Positions 23,149 through 35,800 of a stretch of DNA of 64,000 nucleotides are shown here, piece by piece; the first letter of the stretch is position 1; each line of letters starts with the position of its first letter. This DNA is from Cyanophora paradoxa CCMP329 (taxonomy: Eukaryota > Plantae > Glaucophyta). Where the stretch lies: the NCBI GenBank assembly GCA_004431415.1, contig QPMI01000123.1, positions 133,900 through 197,899 on the forward strand, written 5' to 3'. A program made the translations under genes and the position numbers. Under the pieces are notes generated by a model. The model worked only from the letters and a program-made list of their open reading frames with translations, searched no databases and was not told the DNA's origin.

Positions 23149-25599
23149 ATGGCGTCTACAATCCAGTTGCCTGCGGATGCCGCATCGGCGCTGGCAGGCT
23201 CGACGTTTATCGTGCGTCCCCTTCACAAACTGCCACAACGGCGGCCGCGTAGAGGCGCCGCGCTGCTTACCAAGATTCGAATCGCGATTCGCCGCCGCTG
23301 TGCTGATGCTGACGGTCGTTACCCTCCGGCGCAGGTCACGCTCGCCGGAAAGATGGTGGGTCCTTCACCCCGCCAGGCCGCCGGCGCCTAGCTCACGGCT
23401 TCGTTCTCCCACCCCGCCGGGCCGCCGGCGTCTAGCTCACGGCATCGTTCTCCAGGTCGTTGACCCAGCAACTGGACAAGTTAAGTTGGACGTTAACCAT
23501 GCCGATGGCTTCACGATGGCGCAGCAGGGGAGCATGATGGCGTCGCCGGCCCTTGCTAACGTGTTCCAGCAGCAGTTCCAGAGCCAGAGCCAGCAGCAGC
23601 TTATCCAGCCGCCCCAGCAGAACTACTCCTACGCCCCGCAGCCAGGCTACGCGGCGGCCGTGCAGCAGTACGTCCCGCAGCCGCCCGTCCAGCAGTACAC
23701 ACCGCCGGTGCAGCAGTACGCTGCGCCTCCACCCGTACAGCAGTATGTTCCTCCTCCTCCGCCGCCGGTCCAGCAGGAGCCCCCGCCGCAGGCTCCGCCG
23801 GTGCCGGTGCCCGCCCCGCCGGCGCCCGTACCTGCCCCGCCGCCGCCCGCGCCGGCGCCCGTCGCCGTGTCGCCGCCCGGGTCGGGGGAGCCGCTGACGT
23901 ACGTGCCGCGGGACGTCGTGCCGGCGATCGGCTCGGCGGCGCCCGCCGCGCCGGTGGAGGCGCCGGCGGCGGAGGCGGAGAACCCGGAGACATTCGTGCC
24001 GTACGTGCCGCCGGACCCGTACGGCTTCGGCTCGGGCGGCGTTCTCTCGGGCGTCGCGGAGGACGTGCCGCCGCTGCCGCCCCCGCCCGGCTACCAGACC
24101 GCCTTCTCCGAGGCCGCTTCTCCGCCGCCGCCGCCGCCGGCCGAGGCGCGCGTGGCGGTGAACGCGGCGCTGCCGCCGCCGCCGGCCGCCGTGGCGGCCC
24201 CCGCCCTCGCCCAGGGCGGCTTCGTCACCGGCGGCGCCGCCGTCAGCGGCGCCTACGCCCACTTCACCGAGGCCCCCGCCGCGTACAGCTACAGCCAAGC
24301 CCCTCCCGCGGCCCTCCCTCCGCCCCCGCCCCCGAGCCCGCCCCCACCCCGCCCCCCTCGCCGCCCCGCCTGCCGCCCTGCCCCCTCCGCCCCCCGTCGT
24401 CGAGCAGCAGCTGCCGCCGCCGCCGCCGCCGCCGGTGGAGCAGCCGCCCCCGCAGCCGGCGCCCGAGCAGGCGGAGGACGCCGCGGTGGGCGCCGCCCGC
24501 AGCTTCGTGGAGGGCGCAGCCGCCCCGCCCCCGCCGTCGCCGCCGCGCCGCCGCCACCACCGCCGCCGCCGGCGGAGATGCCGTCGGAGGATGAGATCCG
24601 CGCGGCCGCCGTGCACGACGTGCGCGCCGCCCGCCCCCGCCGACCGCCCCGCGCCCTGCGCCGCCGCCGCGCTGACCGGGGCGCGGGGCGGGGCCGGCAG
24701 AGCGGGTCGTGCAGCTACGGGCCGGTGGAGCTGACGAGCAGCTTCGGGGTCATCTCGGACGGGCCCGAGTACTACAAGAACAGCGACCACTGCCACTGGT
24801 GCGTCCGCGCCGGGCGCCGCCCCGCCCCCCGGGCCCGACGCCAGCGGGCGGGGGCGCGCGTGCAGGCTGATCGACCCGCCGGGGGACGCGCCGGTGCGGC
24901 TGACGGTTGTGGCCCCGCACGACATCGAGCCCGGCTACGACTTCCTCAAGGTCCGCCCCGCCCCTCCGCACCGCCCGCCCATCGCCGGGCGCTGAGGGCG
25001 CGGGGCGGCAGATCTTCGACGGGACCACCGAGGACTTCCCCATCGCCTCCGTCTCCGCCACAAGCGCCTCCGAGCCCTTCGTGCGCCGGCCCGCGCCCGC
25101 CGCTCCCGCCTCCCGGCGCTCGCCGAGGGGGCGGGGGCGGGGCAGAGCGTGACGTCGGAGATGGGGGCCATGTTCCTCTCGTTCGAGGCGGACTACATGG
25201 GCACCCGCTCCGGCTTCGTCGCCGCCTTCGAGAGCACCGAGGCCGCCGCACAGGACCCCGCCGCCTCCCGCCTCAACCTCGCCTCCGCCATCCAGACCGC
25301 CCAGGCCCGCCCGCCCCGCCCCGCCCGCCCCGCCCCGCGCCGAGGCCGGGGCGGCAGCAACACGCGGCGGCGGCGGCGCCGGCGGGGCGGCTGGAGGAGG
25401 AGGTGCAGGAGGGGGAGCTCGAGGAGGCCATCCTCGGCTCCCTCGCCTGCGAGGAGGGCGCCGCCCTCGTGCGCCCCCGCCCCCGCGCCCGCCCCCCGGG
25501 CCGCCTCCCGGCCGCCCACGCCGAGACCCCGCGCGCGCGCAGTGCGACGGGCCGGACGACTTCGCGGCGGGGCAGGAGGAGGCCTGGCACGAGTGCTAG
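23149..25599 (+). CDS. Pro/Gln/Ala-rich protein with a C-terminal CUB domain
   Basis: CSYGPVELTSSFGVISDGPEYYKNSDHCHW-LI..DIEPGYDFLK-IFDG..MFLSFEADYMGTRSGFVAAF; QQY/PPP low-complexity N-half; apparent frameshift near 24300-24400. Confidence 0.75.
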
Positions 25600-28500
25600 G
25601 GCGAGGGCGCGCCGGCGCGTCCTGCGGCAGTGTCTGAGTGCATCGCAATCTCGAGTGCATCGGGTTTGAGTGGGGCGAGGCGCGCGGGGAGGGCAGCGCC
25701 CAGGCCGGCGACGCTCTGCGGCCCGAAGCGGGACCGATGTGGAGTAGCTGGCGGGAGACACGCTGCGAACAGTCGGCGACCTAGCTGATGCGCTCGAAGC
25801 CCTGAGCGGCAGGCGCCAGCGGGGGCGACTGCAAGGGGCCTGGACTGCCTGCGGGGCCGTGGGGGCTCGGAGCCGGCGGCGGGGGCGCGAGGGGCCTCCC
25901 CGGGAGGAGGGGAGGGGGCGTGAGGGCGGCGGCGCGCTCGGGGCCGGCGGGGGCCCGCAGGTAGAGGCTCGCGGCGGCGCGGTGCCGGGAGAGGAGCTGC
26001 GCCCCGCTGCCCTCGCCCCCCACGCTCCCGTCGCTCGGGCCCTCCTCCCCGGGGTCGCCTCGGGCCCCGCCGACGGCGAGGGGCACGCCGCCGCCGCCGG
26101 CGGGGCCGGCCGCGCGGGGGGCGAGGGCGCGGGCGAGGCCCTCGCCGACCCCGACGCGCCGCCGCTGCTTCAGGAGGCCCGGCCCGTCCGCCTCGTCCGC
26201 AGCATCCTCCCCGCGGCCGCCCGCCCGAGCGCCCAGTCCGCCGGCGCGCTGGGCGGCGGCGCTGCGCGGGCGGACCGCAGCGTCAGCGTTGAGCCGGGGC
26301 GGGGGCGGGGCGGGGCGGGGCGGACCGGACGCCGAGGCCGATCTCGACGACGGCGGCGTCGAGGGCGGAGGGGAGGCCGCGCTGGCGCCCGTAGAGCATC
26401 ACGGCGAGGAGGAGGAGCTTGGAGGCGGCGTTGAAGGTCGCGCAGTACGAGGCCCCGGGGGCCAGCTCCCCGTCCGCCAGGCTTAGGCCGACGTTCCCGA
26501 AGGCCGAGGTCGTCTCGAAGACGATGCGCACGAGGCCCTGGCCCCGCGCCGCCCGCGCCGCCTTCGCCCCGTCGCTCAGCTCCGACATCGCGATCAGCTG
26601 CGCCGCCGGCCGGGGCACACGATCAGCGGGGGGTGCGGCGGCCGGGGGGACGGGGGCGCCTGGGCGGCGAGGAAGAGGAGGGCGAGCTCGCTCGTGGCGA
26701 GCCGCCGCGCCCGCTTCGCCGCCACCTCCACCAGCGTCCGCCGCTTCGCCCCGGCCCCCGCACCCGCCTCCGCCGCAGCCGCCCCGCCCCCTGCCCCCTC
26801 TCCCGCCTTCCCAGCGCCCTCATTGTCCTCAGCCGTCAGCCGCATGGTCACGATGTAGGGGTAGCTGCGTCCCCGTGCGCGTCAGGCGGGGCGGGGAGGG
26901 GAGGCAGGGGGAGCCAGCGACCTCCCGACGAGCATGAGGGCGACGAGGAGGAGGACGAGTGCGGGATTCAGCTCGGTCGTGTTCACCACCTCGAAGCCTG
27001 CGCCCGCCCCGTCACGCACCCCCGGCGGGGCTCGCAGCGCGGGAGGGGCGAGGGGCACCGGCGGCGCGAGTGGAGACGGCCTGAGTGACTGCGCCCCCGA
27101 CCACGGAGCAGGTCAGAGCGGAGCGCGGGGAGGGGCGGCGGTGCGCGGCGGGGCGCGCACAGGCGGCGACGAGCTGCACGCCGGCGGACAAGTTGGCGTA
27201 GGGCGCGAAGGCTGCGCGGGGCGTGAGGGCCGCAGGGGCGGGGCAGGGCGGGGCGGGGCGGGCGGGGCGGGGCGAGGCGGACGGGGCCGGTTGAGGGCGA
27301 GCTCGGAGGCGAGCTGGAGGGCGACGAAGGCGAGGTTGAGGGCGGCGAGGGCGCGCGTCTGGAGCGGGGGAAGAGGAACGCCGAGCAGCGCCGCGAGTGC
27401 TCCAGCAGGTACTCCAGCGCCTCCAGCTCCCTGCCCCCGCCCCCCGCCCCCGCGTCGGCCCCCGCGCCGCGGCCCGCCGAGGCCAGGGCGGGGCTCCCGA
27501 GGGCGAACCTCGCGCGGCGGGCCTCGTCGAGCGCGCCGCCGCGGGGCCGCACGCGCGCGTTGGCCCAGCGCTGCCCCGCGATGATGCACCGGAGCGCCAC
27601 CGGCTGCGCGGCGGGACATCGGCAGGGCGGGGCGGGGCGGGGCGGGACGGGGCGGCGCACGTAAAAAGTGTTGCCGAGGAGGATAAGGACGGCGATGGCG
27701 AGCAGCGGGGCCGGCTTGCGGCGCAGCGACTCGAGCGAGTCGGGGAAGAGGCTGAGGCCGGCGTTGTTGAAGGCGGAGACGGCAAGAAAGAGCCCCGCCG
27801 CGTACGGGCTCGCCCCGGCCGCCTCGCACAACGCCCGCGCCTCGCCGTCCCAGGCGAGGAGGGCCCCGAGGAGGAGGAAGCCGAGCAGCTGGACGGCGAG
27901 GAAGTACCAGAGGATGGCCCTCAGCAGCTTCCCCAGCGCCCGGTACTCCACCACCTGCCCCCGGCCGCGGCCCACCTCGGCTCGAGCCCGAGCTGGCGCA
28001 CGGCGCTGCGGCGGACCTGCCGGTACGTGTAGGGCCTGCCCTCGCAGTCGGCCGGCGCGATCTCCTGCTTGCTGGCCCCCCGCGGGACACCCGAGAGCTG
28101 CCCCGCCGCGCACGTCACGATCAGCCGGCGCCGCACGCGTGGCGGAAGCAGAAGGCGGGCCCGGGGCACCCTGCGGAACAGGACCCGCCGGATCGCGAGC
28201 GGCGCAGCCGAAAGGAGGACGAGGCTGCCCGTGAGCACTCCGAAAAGCATCACCTGCGCGCCGCGGCGTGGAGAAACTTGAAAGTAAAGAAAAGCCATCT
28301 TCAAGGCTTGGCAAGAGGTTGGGGCCCCGGGGCGTGGAGCACCCCCTGACTGCCGTGACTCAGCTTTGCCGGGTCCTTCGTCACGAGTCCGACGGTCAGC
28401 ATCCACTAGGGGAGCCCCCCCCAGTTCCAATAGCTCGGAATCATGAAGTTTGCTGGCAAAACTGTGACTATTGTAAATCGGAACAACGAAGTTCCCAACT

Positions 28501-29319
28501 TCGTTCGCACTATGCACAGCTCTCGTACGATCATGTAGTACCGACAGCGTCAGTTGTAACGAGAGTAATCCAGAGCTGTCCACAGAGAACACGGCGCGGC
28601 CGGCGCGCGGCACAGGGCGCCCGGGGAGCACTATCAGTGCGCTAGGGCAGCTAATTAGGGGTCATAGCTACGACTGGCAGCGCAGGTGCGGCTCCGGAGC
28701 TCGGTTGCAGTCGCCGAGTCGACCAGCGCCGGCGGCCTCCTGAGCGCTTTCGAACGCTAGCTATGGCTGTGCGTTCGTGTTTGGTGCGTGTGCGGCCCGC
28801 GCCGGGCTTCTCGATAGAGGTGCCGACCGCGCGCCTTGTAGGAAGCGCGCACGCGGGCCACGTCAGTGCCAACGCTTTGTTAGGAAGGCCTATGTGCTAT
28901 AAAGACCGCGTTTGCACAGCTAGAGCCCGCGGTTCCGGGTGTGCCGTGGCTCGTTGGGGTACTGCGTGCTGTTAAGTGGTGCTAGTACCCCCAAGCGCGA
29001 AGCGCTGACAAGCGGAGCCGGCTGAAGAAAGGAAAGTGCGCTGAATCGGGCCTTACTGGTCAGATTGGCTCACAATGTGCCCGGATGCGCAGGCTAGCTA
29101 GCTCCGATCTTCTTCAAGAGCTTCCGGGCGAGCTACCAAAGGCGCTCCTGGTCAAGCTTTCGTTTGTAGAGCGCGTCCGGCTCGAGCGCGTGTCGAGGCT
29201 GTCCTAGACTTTCGTGAGACTAGCCTCGCCATCGACCACAGAGCTCACAGGCTGCCAGACGAGGTGGGGGCGGAGGTGTTCGCGACGCGACCTCGTACCT
29301 CGTACTTGTCAGACAGCGG

Positions 29320-30510
29320 CGCGGCTCACGGGACGGAGCGGAGGTGCGGCGGGCGGCGGCGCAGCTCGCCGGGCGAGACGGAGGCGTGGCGGACGGCGGC
29401 GCGGCTTGCCGTACGGGGCGGGGGCTCGGGGGGCGGCGGCGCGGCTCACCGCACGGCGCCGGGGCTTAGGGGGCGGCGGCGCGGCTCACCGCACGGCGCC
29501 GGGGCTCGGCGGGCGGCGGCGCGGCTCACCGCACGGCGCGGAAGCTCGATGGGCGGCGGCGCAGCTCGACGGGCGGGGCGGGGGCTCGGCGGGCGGCGGC
29601 GCAGCTCACCGCACGGGGCGGGGGCGTGGCGGGCGGCGGCGCGGCTCGCTGGGCGGGGCGGAGGCGCGGCGGGCGACGGCGCGGCTCGCCGGGCGGGGCG
29701 GAGACTCGTCGGGCGGCGGCGCAGCTCGACGGGCGGGGCGGGGACGCGGCGGGCGGCGGCGCGGCTCTCCGGGCGGGGCGGGGGCGCGGCGGGCGGCGGC
29801 GCGGCTCGCCGGGCGGGGCGGAGACTCGTCGGCCGGCGGCGCAGCTCGATGGGCGAATCGGAGACTCGTCGGGCGGCGGCGCAGCTCGCCGGGCGGGGCG
29901 GGGGCGCGGCGGACGGCGGCGCGGCACGCCGGGCGGGGCTGCGGCGCGGCGGGCGACGGCGCGGCTCGCCGGGCGGGGCGGGGGCGCGGCGTACGGCGGC
30001 GCGGCTCGCCGGGCGGGGCAGAGACTTGTCGGGCGGCGGCGCAGCTCGCCGGGCGGGGCGGGGCGTGGCGGACGGCGGCGCGGCTCTCCGGGCGGGGCTG
30101 CGGCGCGGCGGGCGACGGCGCGGCTCGCCGGGCGGGGCGGGGGCGCGGCGGACGGCGGCGCAGCTCGACGGGCGGGGCGGGGGCGCGGCGTACGGCGGCG
30201 CGGCACACCGGGCGGGGCGGGGCGCGGCGGACGGCGGCGCGGCTCGCCGGGCGGGGCGGAGGCGCGGCGGGCGACGGCGCGGCTCGCCGGGCGGGGCGGA
30301 GACTCGTCGGGCGGCGGCGCAGCTCGACGGGCGGGGCGGCGGCGCGGCGGGCGACGGCGCGGCTCGCCGGGCGGCGCAGCGGGCGGCGGCGCGGCTCGCC
30401 GGGCGGGGCGGCGGCGCGGGGGCGGCTTTGCGGACGGCGGCGCGGGTCGCAGGGCGGGGCGGCGGCGCGGCGGGCAACAGCTCCGCGGCGGGGCTCGCCG
30501 CACGGGGCGG
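29320..30510. repeat. GC-rich 40-bp minisatellite (about 29 degenerate units) inside the CACTA element
   Basis: Consensus GGGCGGCGGCGCGGCTCGCCGGGCGGGGCGGGGGCGCGGC, with a recurring GAGACTCGTC variant. Confidence 0.9.
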
Positions 30511-32118
30511 GGGCTCTGCGGCTTCAAGGCTAGTTACCACGTCAAAATATGTTGCTTTGACGTACTGCTTCATGGCCTGGCTGCGCGAGAGTGCGCAATG
30601 TGGCACTGCAGATCTAGAACAGAATCAGATGCACCCCTTCCCCCTTCGTGTCCGGATCCTAGAGCCTCGGAGCAAGCTACCGAAGGAGATTCAAGCTTAA
30701 ATAACTAAGTTTATTGAAAGGGAGATGTTTATAGCATATAATTACATGAGATGTGCTGGGTGACATAGTGCCGCACTATCATAGTATCACTTTTGAGTTG
30801 ACAAGCCGAAAGTACGACTCTAACTTTTCAACATAACACTGACTCATGATCAGTGATCATGATCGATATTGAACGTGCCGCATGATCGTGCAAGATGAAA
30901 ATCGGACAGCATAATGAACATCCATTATACTTTCATTTAACTCAGTGAGTCCAGCGAGAATGCGGTCAGGCGGCTTGCTCTAACATCAAGCCCTTCGAGA
31001 GCCCGTGCTGTGGCGTGTGCGCAGGGCCTGGGCTCGATCCTAGACAGCGAAACAATCAATTTTCAAACGTTATACAAGATCCTGTCACTAGGCAGAGCGG
31101 CGCGCGCCCTACACTGTCCACTAGCATGAGATTCTCCAGTGGGGTCCGTGACAGACTCGGATCAAATCGAGCGCCCGAAGGCCACGACGAGGCAGGCGTA
31201 TATCTATGCACCGTATTAGCACTTCTATGAAGAACAGAGCAGAATGCTGCGATATGGGCGCAAGCGCACTGGCACGCACGGCAGCGCGTCGTGGAATCGA
31301 TATCTGTGTGCACGTGGTGGGGTCAGTTCAAAGGCGCGTGGCCGAGCGAGCGACGCGCGACAGTAGCGCAAACTCCTGCAGTGCGTGCAATCTGCGTATG
31401 TGGTCAGTGCAGTCTCGCACGCCCGCCCCGGCGGACGCGGCAGGTGTCCGATTGACGTCCGGCGGCGGGCTGCTGTCTGGAAGCACGCCCAGCTGCTACA
31501 GTCGGCCGTCTGCTAGCTGTAGGCCAGGCTAACGGCAGGCTGAGCTCGGCTTGCTGCTGGGCCAGTGCTGGCCCAGGGTAGATCCGGCTGGTCCGGGGTA
31601 TACGTAGATCCTCGCTAACGGCCAGCAGCTTCAAACAGCGGCCCAACCTGCACCTAACTCGCGCTCGACCAGCGTCTAGGGACCTCTAGCGAGCTGCTGT
31701 GCCTTGCTCTCGCGCAGGGAAGCCGCGGCAGTCGGCTGCAGCCGGGTTTTGAACAGGCCAGGTCCGACGGCCCGTCCCCGGCGGGCTGCCGAGCGCTCAT
31801 GTGCTCGTTGCTTCCCAGAGCGTTCCTAGAAGCGGGCGGCTTCCTCGCCGAGCGCCGAGCGGCATTTTCCGCGGTCTCGCAAGGTTCGACCGGCAACCGT
31901 CGCGTAAATCTTGCCTCGGGAGGCGCCGCGGTCGTTTTGTGTGCTCTTTGCGCTGAACATGTTGCGCAGGAGCGGTCGGTGGACGTGCGCTCGTCTGTTC
32001 CCCCCGTTGAGTCCATCCGGCCGCTCGCTTGAGTGAGCGCTCCAGCCCTGCGGTCTCCGCTCGCTTGAGTGAGCGTCGTGGTCTCCGCGCTCGAAGAGTG
32101 ATCTTCGTTGCGCAGGAT

Positions 32119-33428
32119 ATGGGCGACAAGCGCGAGGCGGCGGCCGCGGTTCCGGTGGCGACAGCCGCGCCGGTGTTCAAGGAGCTCGAGGTACTGCCCC
32201 CGCCTATTTCTCAACGAGTCTGACGTGCAGTTTTAGCCCGCGCGGAAGCGCCGCAGGAGGAGGCGGCCCGCAGGCTGCGGTCCGACGGTCCAGACTTTGA
32301 CCCTTGCTGCACCCGACTTCCTCTGTTGCGAAACGGTGCGGTCCTCACCTTAAAGCTTCCCCCTCAATCTGAATCTGACTTTCGCACAGGAACCTGTGGG
32401 CTACTTGAAAGTCGCTCACATCTTGCCCTTCCTCAAGGACGGGCTCAAGGTGCGGCTCTTCGTCGCCAAGATCGACGTCTACGTCGTCGACGAGGGGTTC
32501 TTCTTCGTCGGCATCGGCATTCTAGTGCCCAAGGTACGGGCCAAGATGAACCCCTCCCCTCCCCCCCCCCCCCCCCCCTCGCCCCACGTCGCCCCCGCAG
32601 TACACCCTCCAAGCTATATCTAGATGCCCTACCCCGCCCCGCCTCCGCTCCGCCCCCTCCGGGCCGCCGGTGGGGGTAAGCCTTCGCCGGCGTCTTCGGA
32701 CAAGGTACCCCCCGGTAGCTGGGGTCCCTTGGTCCGACGGCGCTGGTGAGGGCGTACCCCCCTCGCGGGCCCCGATCGGGCACTAGCTCTAGATGCCCTT
32801 TCTCGCCCGCCCCCTCCGGGCCCCCGATGGGGGTACGCCTTCGCCGGCGTCTTCGGACAAGGTACCCCCCGGTAGCTGGGGTCCCTTGGTCCGAAGGCGC
32901 TGGTGAGGGCGTACCCCCCTCGCGGGCCCCCATCGGGCACTAGCTCTAGATGCCCCTACTCGCCCGCCCCCTCCGGGCCCCCGATGGGGGTACGCCTTCG
33001 CCGGCGTCTTCGGACAAGGTACCCCCCGGTAGCTGGGGTCCCTTGGTCCGAAGGCGCTGGTGAGGGCGTACCCCCCTCGCGCGGGCCACGTCGGGGCGCT
33101 AGCTTCATAGCTAAACGCCGTACCCCTCTTCAGTTGGGCCACATACTGACTCCATTTCAGTTGGGCGAAGCGGAGGAGCCCTCGGACGTCGTCAAGTTGG
33201 TTGTGCTGGCCGAAGGCAAAGCTGACGAGGACGTGCTGGGCAGAAAGGTAGCTCTGTCACTCCCCTTGAGGTTTATTCAGTTCATTCACGTCTAGAGTGC
33301 AGATCCCCGAGGATATCACGGAGTTTCCTGGCAACGAAGAGCTCACTACGTTCAGTGGGCTGGAAGGCCGAGTGATCTTCTGGCCCAAGGCCCTCCTTTC
33401 CCTCCTCCGCAGTGCTAGCGCTAGATAG
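32119..33428 (+). CDS. TnpA/Tnp1-like En/Spm accessory protein (spliced; may extend further upstream)
   Basis: Exons EPVGYLKVAHILPF..GIGILVPK | LGEAEEPSDVVKLVVL.. | IPEDITEFPGNEELTTFSGLEGRVIFWPKALL resemble the P-x-x-E-x-x-T..G..I-x-WP C-terminal motif of En/Spm Tnp1-type proteins; lies inside the CACTA TIRs. Confidence 0.6.
32620..33082. repeat. About 157-bp tandem repeat x3 within an intron of the CACTA gene
   Basis: Unit CTAGATGCCC...CTTCGCCGGCGTCTTCGGACAAGGTACCCCCCGGTAGCTGGGG...CCCCCTCGCG starting near 32620, 32789 and 32946. Confidence 0.9.
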
Positions 33429-34578
33429 TGCGCGGCCGCGGGCGGCGCTGTGTTGCAATTGCAGTATTCATGCATGGCAACCCCCGGCGCTGCAGGGCCG
33501 GGTGCACGGGGCGGGGGTGCGGGCGCCCGGGTGCGCGAGCCTGCTATTTATAGCTTTTCTGGGAACTCTTCCCTTCGTCGTCGGAACAATTGCTCTTCCT
33601 ATCGGAACAATTGCTATTGCTCTCGGAACTCCTGACTTGGGATCTCCATGGCCTCCAAAACTAATTGTACTTTTTGATCATTAGTTCCCAGAGTTACGAA
33701 GTTTCCAGTATGGAGAATTTGGGAACTTCGTTGTTCCGAAACCGTAAGACTATCTGATTCCGAGCTATTGGAACTGGGGGGGGCCCCCCTAGTGATCGCC
33801 GAAGCATACAGAAAGACGGAGTCGAGGAAGCTCACGGGCGCCTGCGCGCCTCGCCCCGGTGAACCTCAGGGAGCGCTCAGTATATCCAATTTCTCTGAAA
33901 TTTACACTTTCGAGGCCCGAGGGGTGTCGACGCACCAACACGAGGCTGGGCTCGTTCTTCTTGCTCGTAGCGGAGGAGCGCTCGTTAGCGTAGATGACAA
34001 TTGCACCGATGAGGATACAGACAGAGAAATACGCCAAATGCAGCAGCGGATATTGCGACAGGCACTTCAGCGCGATCCTCCACAACGCGCCGGGCACAGC
34101 CACCCCTGACGATGGTGCATTCGGCGAGGACGAGCTGGAGGATCTTGCGTCCATATGCATGGCCATGTCCGGCGCCGCGGCCGGCGCTAGCTGCAGATGA
34201 TCGCGCTTGTCTGCCTCGTTCAACGACCCGCCCGGTGGCGGCATTGTACATGTGGTCCGCGCCACTAGTACTGTGGTTCTCAGCGGTGCCGGCTACCAGC
34301 GCTAGCTTCCCGACGCTGCGATCCAACGACGAAGTGCTTGCAGTGATCGAACGCGATGAGGTAGGGTCCGCAGCGCCTTCCGCTGTCGCAATGAGGACAA
34401 GTGGCTCGTCGACGCGCGGAAGGACAAGGCCCGCCAGATCGAAAACGGCCTGAAAAGCGAGCTTTCGATCACCGCACGATCAGCGTGGACTCCAGCTTTT
34501 AGGGAAGGACCCCCTGGAAAGCGCAGCGGCTTCGAGATGAGGCTCTACCCCCATTCGCAAACGTCTGAAACGTCGAAG

Positions 34579-35417
34579 ATGCCGCACGCGTTCGCCTTCG
34601 TCGCCGCGCTGCCGCCGCTGCCCGACGCGACGCGTAGAGCCTGTGCCGCTCGGGCGACGGCGTGCCCGCCGACGCCCCAGCGCGTGCGGCGTACAGCCCC
34701 GCCGTCAGCGTACAGCTTCTGCTCGTGGACCCCGGCCGGTGGCATAGTGCGCTTCTCGGGCCGGCCGGTCGGCAGCCGTCAGGTAGCACAGCGCGCCGCG
34801 GGACTCGCCGGCGCGGCGCCCGCGTCGAGGCCTGTCTGCTCCGCGTCCGGCGATGCGGAAACAGCACCGCTGAGCGCCGACATTTCGCTGGTGCGGTGCG
34901 TATGTGCGCGGCCGCGGCCGTAGCGCGCGGGCGCCGGCGCCTGTACATTTGCTCAGCCGCGGTGCCGCTTGCGCAGCGTTGAGTTGAAGAAGCCCATGGG
35001 AATGGTCTTAGAGGAAGCCGATGACGGAAATGTGTTCGTTGCATCGGTCGTGGCGGGCGGCGCGGCCGAGCAGGCCGGCGTGCGGGCTGGCGACGGTTCG
35101 CACGCCCCCGGGCGCGGCTTGACGCATACGGGCGCTTCAGCTTCGATTGATGGGGCGCGGCAGTGATCAGCAAGGTCATGGGCACGTTTATCATCGACTC
35201 GTCGCGCGGCAAGTTCGAGTCGAAGCTGGTGGACGCTAAGGTGCGCGCCCGGCCGCGGCCGCTCTGCTGCGCGCCCGGCGCCTCGCCGCAGCGCTGAGCA
35301 AGCCGGCGATCAGGGCATGAAGCTGAAGACGGTGATGGGTGAGCGCTGGCCGCCGCCCCCCCCTCGCGTGAAAGCTCCACTGCGCATGCTGGCGTGCCCC
35401 CCGAGCCTTTGGCCTGA

Positions 35418-35454
<37 letters not shown>

Positions 35455-35800
35455 AGACGCGATCACGTCGAACGACTACCTGGGCTGCATCACGTGCTCG
35501 GACCCGGACAGGAAGGTCCCCACCGCCTTCGTCCTCGAGCGCCGCGGGTGATCGCCTGGAGTCGCCCCCGGCCCGCCTGCGCCGTGCAAATGAAAGCGGC
35601 GGTTCACTGGCCCAAACAAGTCTACGCTGGTGCTAGTGCTGCAGCTGCGAGACGGGCACGGAGGGGGACTAGCTGTAGAAGAGCATCTCACGATCAAGCG
35701 AAGAAGAATGCGAATGTGGCAAAGCGAAGCAGCGAGACTGACGGCGAAATCGAAAGGGGTGGACGGGGTCCGGGCGGGATTGCAGCGGAGGCCGGCGGCT
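34579..35800 (+). CDS. PDZ-domain protein with putative plastid transit peptide (3' end uncertain)
   Basis: MPHAFAFVAALPP N-terminus; VELKKPMGMVLEEADDGNVFVASVVAGGAAEQAGVRAGD-VISKV (PDZ). Confidence 0.7.

Larger units (their letters stand above)
28404..33794. mobile_element. CACTA (En/Spm) DNA transposon, probably non-autonomous, 5391 bp
   Basis: Starts CACTAGGGGAGCCCCCCCCAGTTCCAATAGCTCGGAATCA and ends with the near-perfect inverse ...GGGCCCCCCTAGTG; 3-bp TSD ATC at 28401-28403 and 33795-33797; subterminal inverted motif TCGGAACAACGAAGTTCCCAA; no DDE transposase recognised. Confidence 0.95.
25781..34154 (-). pseudogene. Trk/HKT-family cation (K+) transporter gene interrupted by a CACTA transposon (5' part 33795-34154; 3' part 25781-28403)
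   Basis: HLAYFSVCILIGAIVIY, SFLDSVFLYASAM[TE]LTVGLVT, AVSAFNNAGLSL, STRAAGFEVV, IVFETTSAFGNVGLSL, KLLLLAVMLYGRQRGLP: all four pore loops are present. Confidence 0.88.

Noticed and set aside
29446-30606. Repeat-protein ORFs over the minisatellite
   Set aside because: The 40-bp unit cycles through reading frames and nearly all frames are open, so there is no coding signature
30945-31062. tRNA-like segment (GCTTG..CAAGC stem, GGGCTCGATCC, trailing TTTT)
   Set aside because: No acceptor-stem pairing or proper D-arm, and the spacing is wrong
32620-33082. CRISPR-like appearance of this array and those at 51955-52780 and 54170-54340
   Set aside because: Units repeat in full with no unique spacers, there are no cas genes, and the context is eukaryotic transposon DNA
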